This document shows, piece after piece, positions 38,301 through 50,300 of a DNA stretch of 64,000 nt. This stretch comes from an uncultured Planctomycetia bacterium. Its GTDB lineage: Bacteria > Omnitrophota > Gorgyraeia > 2-01-FULL-45-10. Position 1 is the first letter of the stretch. Each line of letters starts with the position of its first letter. A program made the translations under genes and the position numbers. The stretch is from contig CAYGRZ010000004.1 of assembly GCA_964352425.1 (NCBI GenBank), forward strand, positions 2,647 to 66,646. Direction: 5' to 3'. Below the pieces are notes generated by a model. The model did not search any database. It saw only the letters and a list, made by a program, of their open reading frames with translations, and was not told where the DNA came from.

Positions 38301-41300
38301 AGGCCCGCGGACACGACGACGATCTCCCTCTTCTCCTGCCTCGCCCTTTCCGCCACTTCGTCGATATCCTCGAGCCTGACCTCTTCGATATCGAGCTTGA
38401 GGCATATATTCTTCACGATCTCCTCGGCAAGCCGGCCCTCGTCGCTCCGCTTGCCTTGCGCATCCACAGGATAATTTGCTTCGAGCCATTGCCACAGGGC
38501 GAAATGCGCGGTATGGCGGGCCGTCTTTATCGTTTCGCTGACACCGCGGAACATGCGCTCGGCGACCTGGGCGGCGGTTGTAGAGGGCGACATCTCCGCC
38601 ATAGCCGCCGTGTGGCAGGCAAAATACTTGCCCTGTTCCGCCTCGACCCCGTCCTCGCTTATCACGTATCCTTCGTCAACGGCTTTTATGACGCGGATGA
38701 TCCTGCTCTTCGTGTCAGGCCTGGCGAACACAGGCACCTTCAGGAGCATTTCACAGGCTTTCCTTACCTGGGCCGCTGCGCTGTCACTGCCGTTCTCGAC
38801 CCTGACATTCTCCAGGATGTGGTCATACAGGGCGATCATCGCCTTGAACACTTCCGCCATCTCTCCCGTCGCCGTCTTGAGATCTTTCTCAACCCGGTAG
38901 ACCTGCGGACGTATCCTGCTTATCAGGTGCGTCATCTCGTCGGCGGGTGATGTCCTGATGTGTTTGACCCGGTCGCCGACCTTGTACCCCGACTTCAGGC
39001 CATCGAGCGTGAGGCTGTCTTCAACATAGTTCAATATGATGCCGTTCCATACGCCGCCGGGCACACCGTTCGTCGCGCACTTATGTATGCCGCGCAGTTT
39101 TTCGTAACAGAGCCCGTACGCCTTATCGGACAGGGCCTTGGCGCCTTCAAGATTAACGGCGTTGGCCCTGCCAAGCAGCTCGGCCGCCGTCTCGGCGGAA
39201 AGCTCTTCCGCTACCGCAGGCGATTTCTGGAGCTGGAGCAATTCGATATACACGCCGTCGTAGATAAGGTCGAGCGTCCTGGCCCTTTCTATCCCGCGGT
39301 CGCCGACCATTGTTACAAATTCCTTATCGGCGCCGATCCTGTTCGGCGTGGCGATCAGGACCTGCGTCACCGGCACGTCGTGGGACGTGACCCTCTTCAG
39401 GTCATTCAGCGCAACGTGGGTAGCCGTCTGGCCGGCTTCTTTCGTCTTGCGTGCCAGCAGATACAGCTGCCACAGCTCGAATATCTCGTTATACAACTTG
39501 CTCTTGTTCTTGGGATCGACGACGTGGTTTTCCGTGAACATCTCGGTCAGGCATTTCTGCACAAAATCGACAGGCATGGGCTCTAAGCCGCGCAGCTCAT
39601 CGGGCAGCGTCTCTTTGAATACTTCATAGACATCGCGCTCTTCCCTTGCCCTGTCAAGCATCGCCTTCTCAATGCCTTCGCGGCCTGTCGCTTCGCCGAC
39701 AACGTCTTCGCCGACGGCCCTTGAGATGTAAGGAGCTGTCGCGCCTTCGGGAGGAGCCCCGACGGCGCCTTCCTGTCCGGCGGTGACCATGCCGAGCATC
39801 ATGCCTGCCGCCGCTATATTCATGGAGCTGATCTCGTGCCCAAAGGCTATGGAGGCAAGCGTACCGATGCCGGCAAGGAGCATCATCTTCGTCGTAGCAC
39901 TGAGGCTCTTGGACCTCTTTGTGAACCTTTCCACCACGCGGCTAACCCTGTCTTTAAGAGGCGCCGCTGCTGTAACGGCCTCTGCCGGAATAAACGACTG
40001 TTCGTTGATATCCACACCGACATCGAGATCGTTATTAAGCTTTTCGAGCAGGAGGTTGACATTATTCTCGTACACATTGCAGGACGGGCATTTATGTATG
40101 TCGAAATCTTTTCTGGCGCGCGTCGTCCCTACCAATATGTCATGGAGCCGCTTGCCGCCCGTGCTCAGATCACCTATCTGGAAGATCCTGTCTTCGAATG
40201 TCGGCTGGGCAGTGAGACAGCACCTGTATACTTCGCCCCACGGGTTGATGACGATCTTGGTCAGGGTGGCCCAGCAATCCCTGGGCATCTTGACCGGCTT
40301 GGCCGATTTTACAAGGCCTCCGGCCAATACGTTGAAACGCTCGGCTATATCTATCCTCATATTCCCGAACTCCCCGAGCCTCTGCATCTTCCTTATCTTG
40401 AATATCATCTTGAGGAGCCCTTTCATCTCCTCCTCGCTGAAGTCTCCGATCTTTCCTATGATGTCGGCCCTTATATCGAAGAAGTCCGCTCCCATGAGGT
40501 GTGCGAGCTTGATGGCCATGTAAAGCTCTTTATAATTCTGGGACATCGCGAGGAAGCTCACGCCGATGCTGACGTCGCTCTTAGTCTTCCTCTTTATCTC
40601 CACCATACCTCTTATATTGCTCTTTATCCACTCGACATCCGAGCCGGGCCTGCGGTAGACCGCCTCATAGGTTTCCGGCGTGGCCGCGTTGAAGCTGACT
40701 CGGATCTGTTTTGCGTGAGTGACGACCTCCTGAGCCCTGGCGGTATCAAGGAACGTACCTTCGGTATATATGTAGACATTCAGCCCTTTCCCTGCGGCAT
40801 ACTGCACGACATCTACACTATCCTTATTTGTAAACGGCTCTCTGCCGCCGGAGAAATAGATGTCTCTCACGCCGTTTGCTGCAAAATCGTCTATCAGGGC
40901 GAAGAGCCTCTCCTTATCAATGGCGGGCTTGCCCTGCCTGTCGGCATAGTCCCGGCCCTGGCTATAGCAGAAGATGCAATTGCTCGGACACTTCAGGCCA
41001 AGATGCAGCTCCACGATCTTCGGATATACCGGCTCACCATTAAGGATCTTCCTGACGTAATCCTCATCCTCCATGAGCAGCCGCGCTATCTTGATAAAGG
41101 TGGCGTTCGGCGACTCCATGGCGAGCATCTCCTGCATGAACTGGCTCGACTTCACTATCTTATACAGCTCCTTCAGGTCGCCTATATCGAGCCCTGTCTT
41201 TTTCATCACCTCATGGGAGGAGCTATACGGATAGAGCAACAACTCCCGCAATAGCCGCAGGAGCGGGATCCTCAGCCTGTCTCTCACCTCTATCCCATCC

Positions 41301-44300
41301 GCCTTCAATGCCTCCATGGCAAGTTCAAGTGCCTTATTATCCTGCGTTATGTCGACACGGGCATCCTTCAGCCGGCGTGCGAGGTTGCCGACAGGCTCAT
41401 ATAGCGAATGTATGTAGTCTTCGAGGTAAGTGGATGACCTGCTGATGCCGTAATCCCGGGCATACTGCAGCACCTTGTGGAATTTGAAATCATCCAGGTC
41501 ATCGCTGTTTTTGAGAGCACTGAGTATATTGTCCTGTGTCTTTTGCGGGAATGCGAGGAACAGCTCTACTTCTTTGGAGGTGATATACATCTCTTCTTCC
41601 ATGGGAGAAAGAGGCGGCGCGTTCGTCGGCATGCTGCGGAGCCTGGCGTGCATGAGCTCATGGATAAATTCCATGAATAAGAGCTCGTTATTCGCCGCCA
41701 ATGAGTCGACATCGAGCGTTATACTATCAGCACCTTCCGTGAAATGCATGAGGCGGTCGTTCCCCTCGACGATCCGGATAGATTTTTCTTTCATGAGCGC
41801 CTTTCTCTTTATGGCTGCGGCATCTCCGCTTCCCATTTCCAGGAGCTCCTCTACCTTTTCCCTGGCGGATTCGCTTAAATCATGGAGCGTGATAACTCTC
41901 TGCAGCAATGCTTCCAGAGCCGCCTTCATGCCGTTATCTATACCTTTGTAATTCTCGACCTGTCCATCGATGATGGTGGCCCAGGCCAGGTCGTGCCTGC
42001 CGCCGAGGACACCTGCCTTCATCGCTATGGGCGACGGCGCGAGTGCAGCGGGGGCCGCCGGAGCCGCAGCCGGCGCAGGAAGATCTAACAATCGCTCTAA
42101 GCCTGTCGCGCCGCTCTTTGTTACGACCGCCTGCCTTTTCGCGATATCCAAGTCGGGCCAGTATTTTTCAAAAAACCGCCGCGGGCCGGCAGCTTCCAGG
42201 ACCTCCATTATTCTGTTGATACGCTCCAGTTTTACGGCATCGACCTGTCCGGCCAGAAGGCCGCCCTTCTGCCGTTTAACTATTTCATTCAGTACCCGCA
42301 CCCTGGCGAATTCATTCAGCTGATCCCATGCGCCCTTCCATTCCGTCTCGGTCCACGCCTTTATTTTCTTATGCTGCAGTTCTATTTCGGAGAGATCCAT
42401 CATCTTCATCGCATCAGCGACCTCGTTGCGCAGATCCTGCTTATCGGTACCGGCCAGGTCCAGTTCTGTGAGATAAAGTATATAGAGCCTTAACGCGTGC
42501 CTGTCCTTATTGTATATCGTCTCATTTTTTGTAAGCTCTTTTATCTTTTGTATGGCCGCGCCGTCCGACAGCGCCGCTTTCCCCATCACCGTACCCGTCT
42601 CTTTCATCCAGGCGTTCAGTTCGTGTATCATGAACTGGAAAGGCTGGGTCCTGTGCTCCCTGGTCCCGCCGTACTTCGCCGTATACCAGGCGGCATATGG
42701 CCCGAATACCCATGACAGGATAAATATCGGGAAGCCCTTGAAGACAAAAGCCGGGTCAAATATTCTGAAAAGGAAATAGTCGCTCGGGAAGAATACCCCC
42801 ACAAGGACAAGGACAAGCAGCGTGATCCCGGCTATCGGCGCCCATTTAAACTCTTTATACGCCTGCCAGACAGTCATTCCCTTTTCCAGTCTGGCCTCGA
42901 CTGCTGTAAGCGTATCCCACCTGAATTCTCTTCCTTGTATGACAGCCTTTGTAGATTTTTTAAGATCGAGAGGGCCGTATATCAGGTTCATCATCATGAT
43001 CGAGGTATGCAGGAAGGTCTCGACAGCTAGGCGCTTTGTCGTCAGATAGACCTTATTCACCATGCCAAAAAAGTCTTTGACAAATAAGGCCGGTCCTGAT
43101 GCGGCGCGTGCCATGGCGTGTTGTAACATACCCGCAAGCGTCGCGATCCCGACGTAGATTATAGTATATGCACAGATACCGAAGTTGTGCTTAAGCAGGT
43201 CTTCCGTAAGGTAAGCCGCTGACGGCACACTCCTTAAACATAGCTCGATATACGGCGTGGCGGCCCAGAACATGGCCACCAATCCGGCGGGCATACCGAT
43301 CTTAACCGGTATCTCCGTCCACTTCATGCCGACGCTAATAAGTTTCTTGACCGGATTCCGCAAGATCACGATGAGCAATACTACGACTGCCGCCCAGACC
43401 GCCAATGCCGGTGCCGCTATTATTATCTTCGGCAAGGCGACCAATAACGCCACGGACGCGAGACCGCCCGCTACGTTTGCCCAGGTCTTCAGGCTCCGGG
43501 GGCCTCTTTCGAACGTCTCTCGCAGTATAGGACTGCCTTTCTGGCCTATCAGTATGAGCATCACGATCGCGAAGAGGTCGCGTGCTGTGACCGGATGAGT
43601 TCCGGTAAGGACAGCGGGAATCTGTGTAGCAATCAATCCTAAGACGACGAGCCATATTGTAAAGACCGGAGTGGACAGCATCCCCCGTATTATGCCTGAA
43701 ATGTGGTGTTCCGATTCAAGGTTCACGTTTGCGCTTCCCAGTACCGATTCTCGTATCTGTTTTTTCGCGGCGATCATAGCCTCTATGCCATGGCCCTGAG
43801 CATACGCGAACATGGCTTTTGCCGCGTTCCATTCCCTGCGCAGCGCCTCGACATCGCCCGGCACCCACCGCCTCATCCTTATGATCATTGAGGAGAAACT
43901 GGTCACCGTCTCTTCGAGTATATATATCGGCGCTAAGAGCGTCCCTACAAGATATGCGGTCGCCGTCCACATCGCCTCCCAGAAATCATGGCTTCTGACC
44001 GTCCAGGGAAGGACCTGCTTCTTGATAACATCGTTCAGATACTTTGGACCGTAAAACGTCATCTTGCCGACTGCCGAGCCCTTGCCGAAGATCCAGAAAA
44101 AGACAAGGGAGATATAACTGAGCATGCTCTGCGCCCAGCTCTGCAGCCGTGCGAACAGGGACTTACCGATATTGGGGTATTGTATCTGCGGCTGGTACAT
44201 CCCCCAAAGCTCCTTGCCCAATATGTCATACGCGGCCCTGCTGCCTATCCGCTTGGCCACTCCCGAGATGACCTCATTCTTATTATCTATCTCTATCGGT

Positions 44301-47300
44301 AACTGTATATATATATCCGGTTCCACCTCATTACCCAGCATATCTTTGGCATACACGTATCCGGCGTCTCTCTTCACTAAAATATAGGTCCCGACCCGCG
44401 CTATCCTGTTCTTGCCGTTATCTATCGCCCACCCCTCTTCATCGATATCAAAACCGTCTTTTTGCTGTAAGGTCCTCTCGACAATGAGATCGCCCGTCTT
44501 CTCATCGACCGCGACCTCTCCGGCGCCGAATGTCCCGTTCATATTTATGACAGGATCGCCGGCGTCAACGGCTATCCTGCGTAAATTATTATCTTCATCT
44601 AAAACGAATTCGCCGCTGGCTGCCAGCTCCCCGTCCGTAGTCTTCAGATGAGCATTCCCGTAGCCGTCAAAATAGACATCGTCATATTGCGCGAGGAGCC
44701 TTCGCGTCCTGTAGATGCCGTTGTTGTCCTTGGCGAATGTTCCGTATCTGGCAAGCCGCTGCGATTGTTTCAGGGCCTCCGTCTTCTGGTCCAGTATAAT
44801 GTTATCCTGCACAACGCTCGTGATGCCATCCTTAGCGAGATCCCACCTTCTCAGGGGTTCCTTATCATACCGTGACACGCTGCCATCCATGGGATACTGT
44901 AGAAGTTCTCCGCCTTTTATTACAAACCCGTCTTTTTCATTTGCAAGATAGCCGTCCTCGACCTCTCTCAACCTCAATGCGCTCGTGTCTGCTATTAACA
45001 TTCCGCCTGCGTCCCTGGTGAGCGAATGAGCGCGATCGGCTATAAAGTAAGTGGTCTCCCTGCCGGTCTTGCCGAGCCCAAGCTCAAAGAAGTCGGTTAT
45101 GGCGCCCTCGCGCGCGTATAACTTTGCCTCTTGCTTGGTTATCCCTCCTGCGTACAGGTCGCCTTTCAGGTCTTTCTTCCATGTCCCGTATTTTGCGAGT
45201 ATACGGCCGCTTGCAGTATGTATGGCATCTCCTGTGGCCTTCTCTACGTGCCATGAGCCGGCCAGGGCTTTCAACCCCTCGTCCACGATCAGGTTGCCAT
45301 CCGCATCCGCAGACCACCACCCGACGGGAACGAGGACATCGCCCGTAATTGTAACGGCGTTGCCTGTTTCAGGATCACGCTTCCATTCGCCTTCTTTTGC
45401 CCTTGTCTTTACAAAGGCTCCGCCCCTCTCTGTAATGACGCCGTTGGCGTCCAGCGTATCTATGAATGTCTCCAAGTTCTCCGGAATGATCGGCCTCTGC
45501 CCGTCGAACTCGGCCGCGCGGGTCAGGAGATATTCGCCGCCATATTCGTTTACAGCGGGGGTAATCTTGCCGTCCGCGCCTAATATATATTTCTTATATG
45601 CTACACCTTGATCGATATGCCCTATCTCATCTATCGACGCGAAATATGCCCCTGTCGCGGCATCCAACAGCTTGCCGTCTTTCGTCAATATCAGCGTATG
45701 CCGTATCGCGCCGCTTTTATCCTTCAGATAGATATGCTGGTCATATATAGTGGCGACCCTGTCCGGCAGCTCCTGGCCGTCCTTTCCCTTGGCCCTCTGC
45801 GTACTGTCATTCCTGTCCCTGAGCAGGCCTGACTTGGGAAGCTCGTCATACATATCCTTTGTCGCGATAAGTTTTCCCGTCGCGTCATCATAGATGTCCC
45901 CCTTAAGGAGCCTGTAACGGCGGGCCGGATTATCCGCGTCAATATAGTATACCTCTGACTCGGCGCTGACCTGCCACTCACGGTCATCTATCTTGATCGT
46001 GCGCCTTTCTATAGCATACTCGCCCTTAAGTAGCTCCACCGCAAAGTCTGTTACCAGCTCAAACCCTTCATTCTCTTCATCATATACGGGACTGCGCGTG
46101 TATGTGCCGCGCGGGAACCTCTTCACTTCGGTAGTCTTGCTGGTGTCGCTGTATACGATCGCCTCTCCGGTCACGCCGTCTATGGTATATGTTCCCGGCT
46201 CTGCCAGGATACCCTGCCTGAGAGTGCCGGAGGCGTCTTCCGCTACTGTGATCTTAGGCCTGTCATCATCCAGTCTTGTGACATAGAGATGCGGGTGGGT
46301 CCAGCACTCCAACATCCACTCAAAATCCGACCTGTAAGAGCCGGGCTTCATCATATGCGTCGGATTATACACGTGTTTCTGGAAATTTCTGTGCGCATAG
46401 GTAACCTTGTCGCGGCCCCACAGCCTTCTCGCATTTAATATCTGGGCTATCTCTTCCATTATAAGCCCGGCTTCCTTCAGCGCCGTATCGCTGTGCATCC
46501 ATGCGCCGAGATTATCCTGCTCATCAGGAACAAATTTATTGCCGGCTGAATCCTCATAGAGATATTTCGCCTTGTCCGCGCCGACCCTCTCCATCTTCAC
46601 GCTGTTTATCATGGAATCAAACAATGTTTTCGCGATAAGTTTTACGTCAAGCGGCCCTTCCTGGCGGCCGATGTCATAGATGACGGCCTTATATTTTTTG
46701 GCTATCCTCTGCGTCTTTTCGACAAGTTTATATTTTGGCAGGTCCCACGGCGCTCTTTCCTTAAATAGGCCTACCATGTTGCCTAGGAATAATGCGCCAT
46801 TTGCCACTGTAAGGGTACCGATGGCGACAAATAGCTCTGCCATGCAGTAATTGCAATAGGTATACAGGACCGCTGCCACGGCTATAATGCCGAGCAGGGA
46901 CGTGTCCGCGTTTATGGTGCTTAATGCGTAAATAGCCGTAACTGAGGTGGCGGCCGTGGTTATCGCCAGTTTCGCCAGGCGCGCGAAGAAGGTGTGGGTC
47001 AGCTCTCTCTGATTGCCTCTTCCTGTAATGGCTGTGGCCGCCAATTTCAAGGTATCCCGTCCGAAATCGACCGCGGCGGATATAGTGATATATACCAGGA
47101 TGCCGGACGCAAGCGCCATTAATGTATAATTTAATCCCGGGATCCCCGATATATAAATACACGAGAAGACCGCCAGGGGGACCGCCCACTTTATGACAGG
47201 CCGTATAGGAGGCTTTGTCGCTTTATCGATAAAATAATTCCACCACACCAATACTGGCGCGAGCAGTATGAAGAGCCAGCTTGAATATGTACCCAGCACC

Positions 47301-50300
47301 GTAAAGTGGGTTATGTCATTAAAGTGGTAGAGCGTAAGCCCGGTAAGCACCAATTTTGAGATAAATACCATAGCGCGGAAAAGCCCCATCAACGCTTCGA
47401 TCGTTACGGCTCCTGCCTGGCCGGAGGTGTCTTTCGGGGCCGCGGCAGGCTTCGCGCCGGCTACCGGCGGCGTGGGCGCCGCGGGAGCTGTACCAGGCGC
47501 CGGTACGTTGGCGTTGGGTCCGTATAATATCTTCTTATTTTTACGGATCTCTCTGCGGTGGCGGTAGAGGGCTATCTTGTAGAATCCCATAATGCTAAGG
47601 ATAGAGATAAGCATATAGGTAAGGCCGGCTATAAGCTTGTGCTTCGGTTCCGGCGCTATTTTCCCCAATTCCATTTCAATGATGCTCCGGATGACTTTCT
47701 GCAGCCGCGCATCCTGATCTGCGGAAAAAGCGCGAACAGCGCGGGGCCGAATTATCGCCGTGTCGCCCTTTCCTTCTTTGACATAGTCTATCTTTACAAG
47801 GCCCCGGCTTATGATCCTGTCTTTGATCCGCGCTGTCATCTTCTCTCTGTCCCTACGCGACATCCCTTCGATCTTCTCCTGAGCTTCAAGAGATAGCTTT
47901 ACGTCAGACAGCGGGTCTTTGCCTTTGAATACGTTATCGTCCAGATAATTCTTTAACGTCTCATGCAGTGACAGGAGGCGATCATTCTGAAAATCGTTCC
48001 AGGTGACATCCATGGGCGCCTTGACATCCTGTATCAATAATTTCTCCCGAGGAGAACCGGTTTTTATGCCCAGGGCCTTGAGCTCCATGATGCCTATGAC
48101 CTTATCCTTATCAAACCCGTCTTTATCGAGCACGGCCAATATCTCAAGATCCCCCCTTTCGATACGTATCTTTTCGAGCCTTCCGAGCATCGTCGGGTCC
48201 TTGATACTCTGGCTGATCGCGGCATTGGCTTCCTTCACCTCTATGAGCCTGTTAACAAGCTTCACGAAATTTGCGGGGTGTATATTCCTTGCTTTAAGTT
48301 TCTGCGAGATCTCTCGTATGATGCTATCGCGGTCCTTTTCGAATTTCCCGAGCTCGATCCTGCCATCCTCGAACTGGGAAGCCACGATCTTCTGTATCTT
48401 GTCCGCCTCTATGTCAACTATCTCTGCTTCCGGCGGTTCGATGATATTTGTGTTGAGAGAAAGGCCGATGATATAGAAAAGATCTTCCCGGGTCTTTTTA
48501 TCCAGCGTGTACTTTTCGCTCGCCAGCTTATCCGTCATCTCCTTAACCATTTTTATGGTCCTGCTCACGGGCAGGTCCATGCCCTGAAGATCTTCCACCG
48601 TAAGCGTATCGGCCCTCCTGCCGAAAACCTCGTAGTAGTCGGTTCCCGGCGCTTTCATCGGCACCGGCATGATGCCGTTATATATCATGTGGCTGACGAG
48701 TATTTCCAGGGCGTCCTCATTAAGCGTTACGCCCAGTTTTTCCATCTCCCCTTTCAGGTATATGCCGTAGAGCAATTGCACCCTGATATAGTCGATCGGC
48801 CATCCGTCCATATCTATTTGCGTGACGTAATACTTTAACTTTTTCTCCATGGGAGGCGTCAGTTTGCTCTTACTGTAAATATTCTTTAACAGCTCCCGCA
48901 CCTCGAGCGGATGGACAAACGTCTTGGTCAGGTAGTCGCTGGCTGTCATGCCGCTTAAATATATCTGCCTCTGGATATCCCATATACTGTTTTCATCCGC
49001 GGGATCTATCCTCTTCTCAGGCGGCAGTTGCTCGTTAATGCCGGGCAGCACCGCTTCAATATCTTCCCTTATGGCAGCCAGATCCTGATCCTTGAGCGCC
49101 TTGTCGGCTGTCCGCGTCTTGTAAGCGGAAATTTTTCCCTGCCGCTCATCCTTAACCGGTTCGCGGAGATCGATCCACTTATCGATCTGCTGTTTGTTGG
49201 CTATGGTCCATTCTTTATTTCTTTCGCTCAGTTTAAGGTTGATGTTCCTGATGATATCCGGGAATATCATCGAGTCCAGGGACTTGACATCACCGGCTAT
49301 CTTTTCCCCGGGTACATCCTGTGTCTTCAGCAGCATATAGGTTATCTGCTTATGAAAACTGCCCAATTTTTCAATGGCCTCGGCCCTGGCTTTTCTCATA
49401 TAGCCGGGCCTGGTCTCCGTGATGGCCTTCAGTTGCTCCATATGCTCATTGTAACGCTGGATATCTATATCGCTGAACTGATCCTGGTCGTTAAAGAGGT
49501 CATTCCTCTCCTCTTCGATCGACGGGCCGAGGTTCGTGTAATATTGTCTCTGGGACTGGAACTCTATATTGATCCTCCTCTGCATCTTATCTCTCTGGGT
49601 CATCACGCCGGTCTCGCTTTGAGCCATCTCCCGTATAGTGTTTCTCAGCATCTTCTGCCCGAGATAATAACCAAGCGGTGAATTATTGGCCCATTCCTGG
49701 ATAAGCGAGGCATCATAGAAGTCGCGCCGGATCCTTGCCGTTTCCCGCTCCTCGCCTTTTCCTGCCTCATCCAGCTCCATGAACGTGCCGGTTATCTGGC
49801 CGTAACTTAAACGGGGAACGCCGTTGGGGTCTGTCTGGTTCTTGACCATCGCCTCTTCTTCTCTCTTTATGAGGGCTTCAAACCGTATATATTTTGCTAT
49901 CTTATTCCTGATGAACCAGTCCCCGGTCTCCTTGCGCTCCGGCTGGCTCAGGTTCTTGAACCGCGGTTGTGAAAGATATTTCTCCTTTGCATCCTGCAGA
50001 TAATTCCCGAACCTGATGGCCGCCTGCAGGAATCCCAGCTCGCCTATCTCTATCTCCTGGCCGCTCGCCCTGGATATCGCTTTGAGATAAACGGCATTCA
50101 CCAGCTCTCCCTTCGCCTCCGCCATCTTTTCCTTCATCAGATCAGCCGGCTCCTTCCCCTGCTTGGCGGCAAGAGCCTGCATCTTCTTATACATTATCTG
50201 CGCTCCGGAGGTCGCCAGAGTATCCTTGACTTTTTCCCGGTACGTGTCCAGGCTATAGAACAACCGTGCGTTATACACCGCCTTGACAAGGCCTTCCCAT

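Noticed and set aside
44320-46270. GT2 insertion interpreted as an intein
   Set aside because: No C-terminal HN-C/S/T junction, HINT blocks or LAGLIDADG motifs are visible.
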